Source of the DNA: Candidatus Omnitrophota bacterium
GTDB lineage: Bacteria; Omnitrophota; Gorgyraeia; Tantalellales; Tantalellaceae
NCBI GenBank assembly: GCA_015231405.1
Contig: JADGBR010000004.1
Span: forward strand, 189-64,188
Length of the DNA stretch: 64,000 nt
Direction: 5' to 3'
Shown in pieces: positions 25,232 to 36,001 of the stretch (its first letter is position 1; every line of letters begins with the position of its first letter). The position numbers and the translations under genes were made by a program. The notes below the pieces were generated by a model, which was not told the DNA's origin, did not search any database, and worked only from the letters and a program-made list of their open reading frames with translations.

Positions 25232-26641
25232 CTATGAGAACAATACCCCGTAATCGACTTCTTTATGGTTAATACCGAGGATCTCCCTCACCTTCGAATA
25301 GTCGACCAATTCTTCGGATAGAGCCCTCAATCCCTCACCAGACAATTTATCATGATCTTTGTATGCTACGCCTATTAAACCCTCAAGATCTATATATCTC
25401 AAATAGTATGGATGTGCCAATTGAACGACCGGCCTATTCATCATCAAGGCCTCCTCTAACACGGTAGATGAAAAACCTATCACCGCACCTGCTCCCTGAA
25501 TATCGTCCGAAAGAGCAACCCCACGGGATATTTCGACTGTTCCTTTTTTATCATACCCATTGACGCGTCGCTTATGTTCCCGGCTCATCTTAGCAAACGG
25601 ATGTAAACGAAGCCTGATCTTACCGGTATTTCCCTTCTCGATCAGCCGGAACATCGCCCCAAGCACAACTTCATTATCGAACCTTGCCAACCCGGTAACA
25701 AAAAGATGATATCCGTCACTCCTTACAGGAACCCGAATATCCTTCCATATGGCGTATCGCGAACTACACCCATATTTGAATAATGTTCCAGGATAATACA
25801 GGGATAAAAGTTCTTTAACCCTTGAGTTAAAGATATACATTACATCCGGCAATACTACCCCCGCTTTTCTCTCCTCTTCATGAGTAAAATACCATGTCTT
25901 AGCCATCGAAATGGAAGCATGCTGAACTGTATATGTCCTTAGCCCGTGCTTCCTCGCGGCATGCCAGACTATCCTGGCCGATGAATGCATTTCCTGCACG
26001 CAACCGGCTTTCTTAATACCCTTTTCTCCAAGAACATGATCGCAAGTCCTCCATACCGCGTCCAACTCGAGCCAGCCTAACCCTAATACCCAGTTTACCC
26101 ATTCGAGAAATAATAAAGCGCTATCACTCAGCTTAGCCCTAGTCCCCGCCAGACATAACGCTTTTAATATCTCCCACTTCTCGATAACACCCAATTCGTT
26201 TATATGGGATACCTCACCCGCTAGACTCTTCCGGGGCCCTATGACAAGACATCGGTCATCTTCTCCTGTTCTCACATATGAGTTTATTAACTTCCCCCCA
26301 TTATCCCAGCGGCAACACATCGCAAAAACCACCAGGATCCTGTCACTGATCTTTCCGGTAATGACGTAACCCCATGATATCCGTTTCTTGAATAAACCCC
26401 ATGGCAGTGAGATCAATCTGACGGCAAATCTGGCCAGATATCTGATCAATATAGCGGCATAATACCTCCGTCTATACGCGTGATGCCATAAACAGGAAGT
26501 ATCCGGACTCCTGGCGCTGAGCGGCGACGCGAACAGCAAATACTCGCGCCCTTTCAAATAACCCGACATTGCCGCGACATATCCCGCCGCGGCTGTTTCA
26601 AAAACATCTGGAATATACATTTTAAGAATTTCGCCCGTCAT
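25232..26641 (-). CDS. Uncharacterised surface-carbohydrate biosynthesis protein (GT-B-like)
   Basis: 469 aa in operon; TVQHA, RLRLHP, SSTVLEEALMMNRPV motifs typical of GT-B C-terminal domains. Confidence 0.6.
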   Translation of the reverse strand: MTGEILKMYIPDVFETAAAGYVAAMSGYLKGREYLLFASPLSARSPDTSCLWHHAYRRRYYAAILIRYLARFAVRLISLPWGLFKKRISWGYVITGKISDRILVVFAMCCRWDNGGKLINSYVRTGEDDRCLVIGPRKSLAGEVSHINELGVIEKWEILKALCLAGTRAKLSDSALLFLEWVNWVLGLGWLELDAVWRTCDHVLGEKGIKKAGCVQEMHSSARIVWHAARKHGLRTYTVQHASISMAKTWYFTHEEERKAGVVLPDVMYIFNSRVKELLSLYYPGTLFKYGCSSRYAIWKDIRVPVRSDGYHLFVTGLARFDNEVVLGAMFRLIEKGNTGKIRLRLHPFAKMSREHKRRVNGYDKKGTVEISRGVALSDDIQGAGAVIGFSSTVLEEALMMNRPVVQLAHPYYLRYIDLEGLIGVAYKDHDKLSGEGLRALSEELVDYSKVREILGINHKEVDYGVLFS

Positions 26642-27645
26642 TGCGAGTCCGCCACAGGAGGACGAAGCAATCTCTCTCGCCCGTCAATAACATTGGAATA
26701 CGTAGTAGACACCTGTTTCACTCTTTCCTTAATATCATATTTCGAATTGTAGACCATAACGTCCGATTTATCCTTATTTCGCTGGTCACAATTCTCGCAT
26801 ATCAGCCCGCTCCCTTCATACTCACCTGACTCATGGCAGCTTCTTATCTTAAGATACCTGGGAGACTTAAAGATCTCTTCCAGGGTCATAGTTCTGAGAT
26901 CTCCCAATTCGAGTTGTCCGTTAAAATCAAAACAGCACATATTTACGGTCCCGTCGACCTGGACCTGTAAAGGGGTATTAAACGGCCTGCCGCAAGTCTT
27001 AAGCTTTTCGCTCTGCACCACTCTATACTCCCTGCCGTCTATCCAGTTATGCGGCCTCCACACCTCAAGGAGATCAGTTCTATCTTTCCAGAAAGCTATC
27101 CATTTCTCGACGTCATCATCGTTTATGCCTTTACCTATGTTATAGGATAGTATCAACCTGGTATTCCGCCTGATCCGAGAAACATGACAAAGAACCTTCT
27201 CTATCTTGTCAAAGATATCGGCATTTTTCACATTATGCATTTTTTGATAAGTCTCCCTGCTAGCCCCATAAAAACTTACTCTGAGAGAGCTAACCCCAAG
27301 ATCATCAAGCGTTTTGAACTTTTCGGCGTTTAATAAGGAAGCGTTCGTGAGCATAAGCACTTCCAACCCCTTATTCCTGGCATATTTTATCTTCTCGAAT
27401 ATCCCCTCATCCAAAAAGGGTTCGCCAAAACCTGAAAAAGTACATATTTTATACTGGGAACTTTCCGCAAGTATCTTATCAAGCAGATCAAAAAACAGCT
27501 TGTTGTCCATCGTCCCCTTCCACCGTGTCAACTTCTCGCGTGGACAGATACAACATGAGTAATTGCACAAATTAGTAGTCTCGAACCTGATCTCACTATT
27601 TACGGGTATCATATTCTCCTTCCTGATATCATTAAGCTGAAACAC
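26638..27645 (-). CDS. Radical SAM protein with SPASM/twitch domain
   Basis: CNYSCCIC, SGFGEPFLD, C...MCC.D...CENC. Confidence 0.9.
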   Translation of the reverse strand: MFQLNDIRKENMIPVNSEIRFETTNLCNYSCCICPREKLTRWKGTMDNKLFFDLLDKILAESSQYKICTFSGFGEPFLDEGIFEKIKYARNKGLEVLMLTNASLLNAEKFKTLDDLGVSSLRVSFYGASRETYQKMHNVKNADIFDKIEKVLCHVSRIRRNTRLILSYNIGKGINDDDVEKWIAFWKDRTDLLEVWRPHNWIDGREYRVVQSEKLKTCGRPFNTPLQVQVDGTVNMCCFDFNGQLELGDLRTMTLEEIFKSPRYLKIRSCHESGEYEGSGLICENCDQRNKDKSDVMVYNSKYDIKERVKQVSTTYSNVIDGRERLLRPPVADSQ

Positions 27646-28816
27646 CCTTCATGCCCTCTATAAACCTTTCGGCATAATGTTCCCAGGTAAAACCCGACAA
27701 TATCCTCATCCTGGCAGATTCACCCATCCCAATGCATTCACTTGGGTTTTCATAATAATAAACGATCTTTTCCTTTAATGCGTCTGCCGATCCTGCCGGG
27801 ACAATAAAGCCATCTATCCCGTTACGGATAACATCTTCGGCACCCGTATTGGGTGTCGCTATTACGGGGATACCGCAGGCCATTGCTTCCATCATTACCT
27901 TAGCTAACCCTTCCTCAATGGAAGGCAGAACAAAAACGGAAGCTTGTGAATAATATTCTCCGAGCTTATTATGGTCAATATGCCCGAACATTTTAAACGT
28001 GCCTTCATATTTTTTAAAAAAAGGAAGCATTTCCCCGGAGTATCCGCCTATAAGCCACAGCTCCGCTCCGGGGATAGAAAGCCCCGAGAAAGCTTCCAAC
28101 AGATAATGCGTCCCCTTCTTAATGCTGGCGCGGCCGCAAAAAACAACTCTGAAGATATTATCTTTCTTTCCCGACTTTTTAAATTTTTCCGCGCTAACAC
28201 CGGAAGGTATTGTTAACAGTTTTTCTTCATTGATATTTTTATCTAAAAATGTCTTCCGCACAAAATTCGACAAGACCGCGATCCGATCCGCGAGTTCATA
28301 TTCCTTAATCCCCTTCTCAATGATCGCCGATGAATTAAGTTCCATATTTATACCGTATTTCACGTATTCTTCCGATATCACAGCGGATTGATATTTGACA
28401 TGAGTGTTCGTCCTGTCCAGTACGCACCGAACTCCTTCTTTGCGCGCAGCCATTATCGTATGAAGAGCGATGTATGATTCCACAAATAATATATCGCAAT
28501 CTGCTTTAAACGCTCCGGCGTTCCGCTTATCTATAAGCTCGTATATCATATATCTTTTATCGTTCTTTTTTATAGCCCCGGAGAGCTTCGAACCGAAAAA
28601 GTATTTTTGCGCCATAGACACGGGGATATCCGTAGTGACCTTCCGTGGATCTATCCTATGCTCATGATTTCTGGTTATCAGTCTCTTTTCAATGAACGGA
28701 TGCTTCCTGCTATAGAAAGGTATATACAATCTCGAAAGAAACCCTTTCCTGTCAAGCTGTTCAGCCAGATACAGCCCCCGAAGTGTTCCTCCGCTCGATA
28801 TTATTGATATTTTCAT
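27632..28816 (-). CDS. Glycosyltransferase family 4
   Basis: FCGR...KKG, FVLPSIEEGLAKVMMEAMACG. Confidence 0.92.
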   Translation of the reverse strand: MKISIISSGGTLRGLYLAEQLDRKGFLSRLYIPFYSRKHPFIEKRLITRNHEHRIDPRKVTTDIPVSMAQKYFFGSKLSGAIKKNDKRYMIYELIDKRNAGAFKADCDILFVESYIALHTIMAARKEGVRCVLDRTNTHVKYQSAVISEEYVKYGINMELNSSAIIEKGIKEYELADRIAVLSNFVRKTFLDKNINEEKLLTIPSGVSAEKFKKSGKKDNIFRVVFCGRASIKKGTHYLLEAFSGLSIPGAELWLIGGYSGEMLPFFKKYEGTFKMFGHIDHNKLGEYYSQASVFVLPSIEEGLAKVMMEAMACGIPVIATPNTGAEDVIRNGIDGFIVPAGSADALKEKIVYYYENPSECIGMGESARMRILSGFTWEHYAERFIEGMKGVSA

Positions 28817-28818
28817 TA

Positions 28819-29625
28819 TTAAGAGACTTTTTCCGAGACCGCTATTATATACTGGCAGTCCTCTACCCGTCCCGCACCAAGCTTTGTTGCGCCATATTTT
28901 TCAAAGCGTTCATAGACCTTTCTTATGAATCCGGACTTCTTAAACCACGGATATAGCCAAAATGATAGACGCCTTAAAATGCTAAATACTTCCCTTTTTG
29001 GGCCCATCTTCGTATGCCCATTAATACTTTTAATAGTGAAGTACCCCTTTAAAGATTCTCTCAATTTCTCTTCCGTAAAATGTTGATAATGCTTATCAAC
29101 CGGGGGCAATAATATTGATGGGACCGAAAGTATAAGTTTGCCATGATCTTTTAAGAATCCGTACGCTTTTGATACCACCGCCCTAACCTTCTCGAGTGGA
29201 ATATGCTCCAGGACATCCAGCATTACTACAATATCCGCTTTAAAATCCGGATCGACGTCAGCAATATCCCCTTGAATAAACTCAAGACCTGGATTAAACG
29301 CTCTTGCGAAAGCCAGCGCTTTTTCCGAATGGTCTATGCCAACGATCCGCATCGGCATCCCGGCAAACTCATAACAAAATCTCCCGTCGCCGCACCCGGC
29401 ATCAATAAGGGTTTTGCCTTCCGGCTTATCAATGAGTGTTTTTATGAATTTCAGCCTGTTAATATATTCCGCGTGCTCGAAATATCTGTATTCTCCGCTT
29501 ACGAGGGAAAGATAATGATAGGGAAAATAATAACTTTTATCCTGCATGATCTGTTTATTATCCAATGGAATCTCTACCCCATTTCTCGACATACTTCTCA
29601 TTCGCGTACGAAATCGCGGTATCAC
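28819..29625 (-). CDS. Class I SAM-dependent methyltransferase
   Basis: IDAGCGDG, DVLEHIP; true start probably TTG 29565 or ATG 29547. Confidence 0.88.
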   Translation of the reverse strand: MIPRFRTRMRSMSRNGVEIPLDNKQIMQDKSYYFPYHYLSLVSGEYRYFEHAEYINRLKFIKTLIDKPEGKTLIDAGCGDGRFCYEFAGMPMRIVGIDHSEKALAFARAFNPGLEFIQGDIADVDPDFKADIVVMLDVLEHIPLEKVRAVVSKAYGFLKDHGKLILSVPSILLPPVDKHYQHFTEEKLRESLKGYFTIKSINGHTKMGPKREVFSILRRLSFWLYPWFKKSGFIRKVYERFEKYGATKLGAGRVEDCQYIIAVSEKVS

Positions 29626-31606
29626 GCGTATTCCCTGAGCTCATTTTTTCATAAAGGTGCCCTATATAACTACCCATCCTCTCCGCGGCTCTCCCGTCGC
29701 GAAAAGGGTCCCTGGAGTCTATATCCTTATAATATTTTATATCACCAATATCCAGGCAATCTTTCCTGCCATTACGCAACCCTTCTACTTTATCCAGCAT
29801 AACATCTATATTATCGAACACGATCACATCCTTGCCCCACAAATATTCCGGATATTCATAGCATCCTTCCAGATCAAGAAATATCGTCCTGTTCCCCGCG
29901 AGCAAATTTTCCAGCCCGACAGTTCCACCTGCCAACAATGTGATCACAATATCTGACGCCTTGCCATATTCTACGGGATATACATTTGGTTTATATCCAC
30001 GTCCGGGATCAAAATAGATCCGACCGCACTCTTTGATCTTTTCAAGCGGCCCACGCAGTCCAGGCAACCTTTCCACAAGCCCGGAAGCATTTTTGGGTGA
30101 ACATATCAACCCTACTTCAGGAGTTTTAAATACATATTCGAACAATTCTTGATAGACTTTAGTCCCAACCAGGCTGGAAGTCATCGAGAACATGCTATCA
30201 GACGCGTGTTCATCAAAATATGATACTATGAACTTCGCTCCCTTTCCCATCATCCTTCTTCGTAAAATACCAGCATTCTCATCAACATGTTGAAATGAAT
30301 AATCCGTCAAATAACCGCAATATAGAATATTCTCACTTAACATCCCGCTGCCAACAAAAGCTTTTTTGTTAGCCGGACCGAAGAGGAACATAACATCCGC
30401 ATTAGTCCCGTAAATAAGCGCGGGAAAAATAGCGTTCGACAACTGGTAACTTATATTAATTCCTCCGCATTCGACCAATGCCAACCTCTCCGCAACCCTC
30501 GAATAGACAACATCCATTCTATCAATATTGATGATTATTTTATTTGTCCTGAAATAATCATGCGCCAGGGAATAGGCCGAAATAAAGTCGATGATCGGAG
30601 CGGTTAATACCCCTGGGTGACCCCCTTGTCTCAAGATGCTTTTCACCATAAATGGAAAAATAGAACCCGCGCAGTTCATTATTTTTCCCAGAAATATTCC
30701 CGAAGCCCGGTATGATGGTATCTTTTTGTCAACAGCCTCATCGTGCAATAGTTTTAAATACCTTATCCCCCTGCTCCTCAGCAGCGCAAGCATTTCCCCT
30801 GTCACAGGAACGTTCTTACGCCTGAAGTAGACCAACACCTTTCCTTCGGGAACATTACACCTCTGCAACCAAGGAAAATCACACCTCCTATCAGGTTCGA
30901 ACGTAATACCAATTCCTGTATAATTTACACCGATAACACCATTAGTTTCGCGTTCACCGTTTGAGGCTTTTCCGAAAGCACTAACGCCGGAATTAAACAG
31001 TGCCCGCGCGACTTTTCCGGCCAGATCGATAATCTTGGAGCAAAAGAACGCAATATTTTTGGCGCACTCGCTTAAAGAAAAAGAATATTCTATATAGACA
31101 TTGAACTTCGTTCTTGAATAATCCCCTAACAACAGTTTATTTATTTTTTTCACTGTCACGAAAAACGTTCTTCCCTCGTATCCCGCCTTATCAAAGAACC
31201 ATTTTATAAAAAGAACCTCAAGAAGCGGGGTTTTTATTAAACCCCCCAGATATTTCTCTAAATATAATTCAAATTCCCGTTGCCCAAATATCCCGCAACA
31301 ACACTTCACTAGAGGATCTTCGCTAAAAACAGCATACCCCTTTTTCGTCAATTCAAGCAGCATAACATCCAATCTTACATAATAACTTCTCCCGTTTTCA
31401 TTCTCCCTTACCTCACTAAGCTTTGGAGTTATTCTCTTCAACCGCCAATTATTCCCAACTATGCCAACTAAAAGATCAAGCACTTTTGAACTGTAGAAAT
31501 AATAGACTCTCCTTTTCTGTCCATGTCTCAATAGCTCAAAGAGATACTCTGCTACCGTTAACCTTTCATATACAATGTTTTCGATATCGTCAGTCATAAA
31601 AAACAT
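29558..31606 (-). CDS. Uncharacterised polysaccharide biosynthesis protein (possible GT-B transferase)
   Basis: 682 aa in operon; SYQLS, YFDE, TVGLENL, C-terminal DPFRDGRAAERMG. Confidence 0.6.
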   Translation of the reverse strand: MFFMTDDIENIVYERLTVAEYLFELLRHGQKRRVYYFYSSKVLDLLVGIVGNNWRLKRITPKLSEVRENENGRSYYVRLDVMLLELTKKGYAVFSEDPLVKCCCGIFGQREFELYLEKYLGGLIKTPLLEVLFIKWFFDKAGYEGRTFFVTVKKINKLLLGDYSRTKFNVYIEYSFSLSECAKNIAFFCSKIIDLAGKVARALFNSGVSAFGKASNGERETNGVIGVNYTGIGITFEPDRRCDFPWLQRCNVPEGKVLVYFRRKNVPVTGEMLALLRSRGIRYLKLLHDEAVDKKIPSYRASGIFLGKIMNCAGSIFPFMVKSILRQGGHPGVLTAPIIDFISAYSLAHDYFRTNKIIINIDRMDVVYSRVAERLALVECGGINISYQLSNAIFPALIYGTNADVMFLFGPANKKAFVGSGMLSENILYCGYLTDYSFQHVDENAGILRRRMMGKGAKFIVSYFDEHASDSMFSMTSSLVGTKVYQELFEYVFKTPEVGLICSPKNASGLVERLPGLRGPLEKIKECGRIYFDPGRGYKPNVYPVEYGKASDIVITLLAGGTVGLENLLAGNRTIFLDLEGCYEYPEYLWGKDVIVFDNIDVMLDKVEGLRNGRKDCLDIGDIKYYKDIDSRDPFRDGRAAERMGSYIGHLYEKMSSGNTRDTAISYANEKYVEKWGRDSIG

Positions 31607-31615
31607 ATTATCAGA

Positions 31616-33184
31616 TCATTTCTGTGCAATATCTTCCAACGTTCTTATCAGATCTTTCTCGTCAGCACGCTCATCCCATAACCCATTATTTTCAAAAACA
31701 TATTTCCTCAGAATATCGTTTAATGCTTCAGTAAGACTCATCCCTACCTTATCGCTTTTTTCAGATCTTCTTATGTATTCATAAAATACGTACGGCAATT
31801 TTACATAGAGCACGAACCTTGCTCCAAGCGCGATCAACTCTTCCCGGGATATTTCGGGAAGAGTTAATGATGGCATTGTGAAATAGTTCATACGGCTCTC
31901 CCCATATTTATAGAACCCGTTCCTTACAGAAATATCCATGCTTTCGGTCCCTTCCAGAGGAAAGAAGAAACCAACATTTGGATACTTAACCCCGCAGGTT
32001 CTATTGAGCTCGACCGTCTCCATTATTGTTTCCCGTGTATCGAAAGGCAACCCTATCATATTAAAAGAAACCGTTTTTATTCCTGCTTCATTGACAAACC
32101 CAAAGGCCCTGATCAATTCCTCTTTGGTTTCTTTTCTTTTAAGTATTTGTGTCCTTAAATAGTCATTCCCGCTTTCTATCGCAAGGGTGAGTGAGACGCA
32201 GTTCATTTCTTTCAACAAAGCGACCTTCTCCCGCGTAACGTTGTACGCGTTGGCCATCGCGGCAAAAGGCACGTTGATCTCTTCTCTATAACGCTTGGCG
32301 AGTCGAGCGAAATATTCATATGGCTTCAGACAAAAATCCGCGTCGTGAAATTTAAAGAATGAAATATCCCATTCGCGAACGAGATATTTGAGTTCATCGA
32401 TAATGCGTTCGACGCTGTAGTATCTGAAATATTTTCCTGTACATGATGAATAGAGCTTACGGTAAGGTTCATGGATACAATATGTACATTTGTTCACACA
32501 GCCCCAGGCTATAATATGATCCGCCCCTTTCTTTATTTCCCCGTCAATAGGCTTCAGCCTATGTCTGTGGTCAAAGATAGAGAAATCCAGAAATGGAAGC
32601 GTGTCCAGGTCCTGGAGAAGAGGACGCATAGGATTTTTAACTATTCTCCCATCTTTTGCCCTATATGCTATATTTCTGACATCCATCGGCGATCTACCTG
32701 CCGAGAAAAGATCAGCGAATTCGATAAAAGCTTCTATCCCCTCCCCTACACATACATAATCCACGTTCTTATCTTCCAATATCGTTCCGCACATAAGCGA
32801 CGGGAACATGTTTCCCCAAATTACCGGGATGTCCCTTTTCCAAGACTTGACGATCTCAGACGCCAGATGTCCGATATCGACCGTATCGAATAATATGGAT
32901 AGTCCTACAATATCAGGCTCGAACTCTTCAAGAATGCTTACCAGTTCTTTCCTGAAATCCAGGCTTTTTCCAGCACCCTCGAATACAGGATAGTCAACTG
33001 GCTTAAAAAAAGGGTTTTTAGCAAAACCCCCGACCGAATCCCCTTCAAGACCGGTATCGATAGTTGTTGTATCAAATAACTTTATTTTATGGCCATTCTT
33101 CTTCAAAGCACCCGAAAGGAGCGCGAGCCCTATCGGCTGAAACCCGAAACTGCCTTTATGCGGCCATATTAAAAGTATGTTCAT
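31616..33184 (-). CDS. Cobalamin-binding radical SAM enzyme
   Basis: PIGLALLS, VGEG, WGCVNKCTYC, AIESG, NMIGLP. Confidence 0.9.
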   Translation of the reverse strand: MNILLIWPHKGSFGFQPIGLALLSGALKKNGHKIKLFDTTTIDTGLEGDSVGGFAKNPFFKPVDYPVFEGAGKSLDFRKELVSILEEFEPDIVGLSILFDTVDIGHLASEIVKSWKRDIPVIWGNMFPSLMCGTILEDKNVDYVCVGEGIEAFIEFADLFSAGRSPMDVRNIAYRAKDGRIVKNPMRPLLQDLDTLPFLDFSIFDHRHRLKPIDGEIKKGADHIIAWGCVNKCTYCIHEPYRKLYSSCTGKYFRYYSVERIIDELKYLVREWDISFFKFHDADFCLKPYEYFARLAKRYREEINVPFAAMANAYNVTREKVALLKEMNCVSLTLAIESGNDYLRTQILKRKETKEELIRAFGFVNEAGIKTVSFNMIGLPFDTRETIMETVELNRTCGVKYPNVGFFFPLEGTESMDISVRNGFYKYGESRMNYFTMPSLTLPEISREELIALGARFVLYVKLPYVFYEYIRRSEKSDKVGMSLTEALNDILRKYVFENNGLWDERADEKDLIRTLEDIAQK

Positions 33185-33735
33185 TACACTATTTTTTTGA
33201 TCACACGAGCCGGCACCCCCGCAGCCATTACCCTGTCCGGGATATCTTCGGTAACTATGCTCCCCGCTCCCACTACCGAATTCTCCCCTATCACAACTCC
33301 TTTTGTTATCACAGTGTTAGCCCCTACCCAACAGCCCTTTTTCAAGATAGCTTCTCGCGGTTCAGAATACCCCTGGAACAGTATCGGCACATCGGGATCA
33401 TCATAACGATGATTGGCTAAAAATATCTTCACCCCATAAGCAATAGCCACATTATCCTCTATCGTTATGCCTGGCCCGTTTTCACCGGGATGCGCGTGAA
33501 GAATTGTCCCGGGGCGTATCACAACCCCCTTTCCTATCCTGATCTTAGAACATACTATGGCGTATGCGCCCGGCCTAAACTCGGCGCTCTCGTCAAAATA
33601 CGCGAATTTCTCCTTACATAATCTCAACATAGTGGATTTAAAGTAAAGTTTCCAGTGGGTTAGCGGCATGTCCGGACCTATCCTGTCTTCTTTCCGCCAA
33701 AAATCGATCCTTTCTTTCAATTCCTGAATACGCAT
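33184..33735 (-). CDS. Hexapeptide-repeat (LbH) acyltransferase
   Basis: WVGANTVITKGVVIGENSVVGAGSIVT, AGVPARVIK. Confidence 0.9.
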   Translation of the reverse strand: MRIQELKERIDFWRKEDRIGPDMPLTHWKLYFKSTMLRLCKEKFAYFDESAEFRPGAYAIVCSKIRIGKGVVIRPGTILHAHPGENGPGITIEDNVAIAYGVKIFLANHRYDDPDVPILFQGYSEPREAILKKGCWVGANTVITKGVVIGENSVVGAGSIVTEDIPDRVMAAGVPARVIKKIV

Positions 33736-33756
33736 TTCAACTCCTACTAAGCTTTA

Positions 33757-34857
33757 TCATAATAATCTTTCAAAATGGCTTATTACCTTCTTATATTCGG
33801 GCCATTGCCCGATATCGGTATAATCGTCTTCCTTCACGGGATAAAACAGAACTTTTTCACCTTTGGCGAGAAGGATACTTATGAGATCGGTCATATCGAA
33901 CTTTTCCCCGTCAGGGATATATTCCAAAACCGACTTATTGGCGACATATACTCCGGTATTTATATTGAACGTGTATTCCGGTTTTTCCTTAAGGCTTTTA
34001 ACGCTCCCTATTTCATCAGACTCTACTACTCCGTAAGGTATTATGTAATCTTTTATGGATGTCAGCATAGTGAGGGCAGCCTTTTTACCGACATGCATAG
34101 CAAGGACCTCCGAGAAATCGGCTTTCACCATAACGTCACAATTGTTCACGATAAAGTTCCCATCTATTTTGTCCCGCAACAGTTTAAGGCTCGCGGCCGT
34201 ACCCATATAACTCACTTCCTTGATGAATTCTATGTCAAAACCATGTTCCACGCCGTTAAAATACGATATCACCATATCGCTCTTATAATTCAATGTCACA
34301 AAGAACTTTTCTACCCCCTGGTCGCTGAATTTATTCATTATAAGCTCAATAATTGGCTGTTCGTTAATTGGTATGAGAGGTTTGGGAAGTATTTTCGTGA
34401 AAGGCGCCATTCTTTCTCCCCGTCCTCCGGCCATAATAACCACCGGGATCGATATAGTCCCATGCTTAAATACTTCCCCGTATTTTTCCTCGAAGAGCAT
34501 ATCCCACGTTATGTAGTCGACAAGCCGTTCTTCGTCATCGACTATCGGCAAAAGCTCCAACCTGTTACCCACTATGATCTCCTTCACCTCGTCAGAGCTG
34601 TACTGCCCTTTTTTCACCCTGGCAGGCGTCCCGCAATAATAGGAGGAGATAGGTCCATTGAGATCCCTGCCATCCAGTATTATTCTCCTGATATCACCGT
34701 CGGACAACGTCCCAAGCAGTTTTTTTCCAGGATCGACAACTAACAATATCCTTTTACCGGTCGAGTTCAGTATTTTGAGCGCCTGTTTAAGGCTGATATT
34801 CTCATTCACCAGAATTTCTTCATCCATTTCTTTTATCCTTTCCTTTTTTGCGGTCAT
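33757..34857 (-). CDS. CBS-domain sugar-phosphate nucleotidyltransferase (PtmE/LgaF-like)
   Basis: CBS pair (GTLSDGDIRR), MAGGRGERM, PKPL, EKP, DIGQ; likely start ATG 34827. Confidence 0.9.
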   Translation of the reverse strand: MTAKKERIKEMDEEILVNENISLKQALKILNSTGKRILLVVDPGKKLLGTLSDGDIRRIILDGRDLNGPISSYYCGTPARVKKGQYSSDEVKEIIVGNRLELLPIVDDEERLVDYITWDMLFEEKYGEVFKHGTISIPVVIMAGGRGERMAPFTKILPKPLIPINEQPIIELIMNKFSDQGVEKFFVTLNYKSDMVISYFNGVEHGFDIEFIKEVSYMGTAASLKLLRDKIDGNFIVNNCDVMVKADFSEVLAMHVGKKAALTMLTSIKDYIIPYGVVESDEIGSVKSLKEKPEYTFNINTGVYVANKSVLEYIPDGEKFDMTDLISILLAKGEKVLFYPVKEDDYTDIGQWPEYKKVISHFERLL

Positions 34858-36001
34858 TAAAGACTTTTTTTATTATGTCCTTAAGCGGCGCCCTTTTAAG
34901 AACACGTAGAACTATTAAAAGCCCGTCTTTGGAGTAATACGGATTAACTGTATTCGCCAGGTTCTCCCTGAACTTTCCGGATAATAGCAATTCTAGGGAC
35001 CTCAAGATAGGCTCGCTTCTAGCTTCACAGTCTATGACGCTTGACCCTTTTTCCCTGCCTTTCTGCCTATTACCGATATTTACGGTCCCTACCTTGAAAC
35101 TCGGCGCTTCTATGATCCCACTTGATGAATTCCCTACCACTCCATCCACGTTTCTCATTGCGGATAAATACCCTATCCGGCCCATAGAGGTAACCGCGAA
35201 GGCTCTTTTCCTATTTGCTTTCACATATCCATCTATCAGGCGGTTAATACTCCTTCCACCGGTATCGGCGTTGGTCTTGGTAAATATGACCGTTATATCT
35301 TTAAATCGGTCCAACGCTTTAATAAGTTCACGCATTTGCCGTTCCTGCGTTCTTTCCTCGAGCGTCACCGGGTGATAGGTTACAAGAAGGTTCTTTGCAC
35401 CGAATTTCACGCCATACTTATTCTCCAGCTCTTTTTTACCCAGAAGATCTTTTGTTTTAATTCCGTCCAGGTGGAACGCCCCGACACGAAAAACCCTTTC
35501 CGGAGCCTCGCCGAGCTGTATCACCCTCTGCCTCGCCCGTTCCGTCAGGGTGAAATGATAATGGCTCATCTTGGTTATGGAATGCCGTATCGCCTCGTCA
35601 ATCGCCCCAACGGTAGTCTCCCCCCCGGCTATGTGAGCTATGGGTATCCTATGGAACATCGCCGCGGAAGCTGCCGCTAATATCTCGTAACGATCCCCCA
35701 GTAAGAGAAGCACATCCGGCCGAAACCTATCGAATATCGCCGAAAAACCCCGAACGCCTTTAGCGAAAGCCGCGGCAATATCCTTTTCCGTATCCCCTTC
35801 AAGACCGATATCCACCCTTTCATTTATGATAAACCCGTCATTCTCTATTTCCCGGACGGTCATCCCGTGATATTTAGAAAGATGCGCCCCGGTCACGAAG
35901 ATATAAAGCTTGAAAGCTTTGTCCTTAGCGATCTTCTCAATGAGCGGCTTCAATATCCCATACTCGGCCCTTGTGCCTGTGACCACAGCGATCTTTTTCA
36001 T
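34820..36001 (-). CDS. neuC: Hydrolysing NDP-N,N'-diacetylbacillosamine 2-epimerase (NeuC/LegG)
   Basis: TGTRAEYG, LGDRYE, DEAIRHSITKMSH, GNSSSGIIEAP, GNRQKGR. Confidence 0.93.
   Translation of the reverse strand: MKKIAVVTGTRAEYGILKPLIEKIAKDKAFKLYIFVTGAHLSKYHGMTVREIENDGFIINERVDIGLEGDTEKDIAAAFAKGVRGFSAIFDRFRPDVLLLLGDRYEILAAASAAMFHRIPIAHIAGGETTVGAIDEAIRHSITKMSHYHFTLTERARQRVIQLGEAPERVFRVGAFHLDGIKTKDLLGKKELENKYGVKFGAKNLLVTYHPVTLEERTQERQMRELIKALDRFKDITVIFTKTNADTGGRSINRLIDGYVKANRKRAFAVTSMGRIGYLSAMRNVDGVVGNSSSGIIEAPSFKVGTVNIGNRQKGREKGSSVIDCEARSEPILRSLELLLSGKFRENLANTVNPYYSKDGLLIVLRVLKRAPLKDIIKKVFNDRKKGKDKRNG

Noticed and set aside
33775-34743. 322-aa plus-strand ORF, and similar ones at 29203-29802 and 42752-43381
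   Set aside because: Antisense shadows of well-supported minus-strand genes, with no motifs
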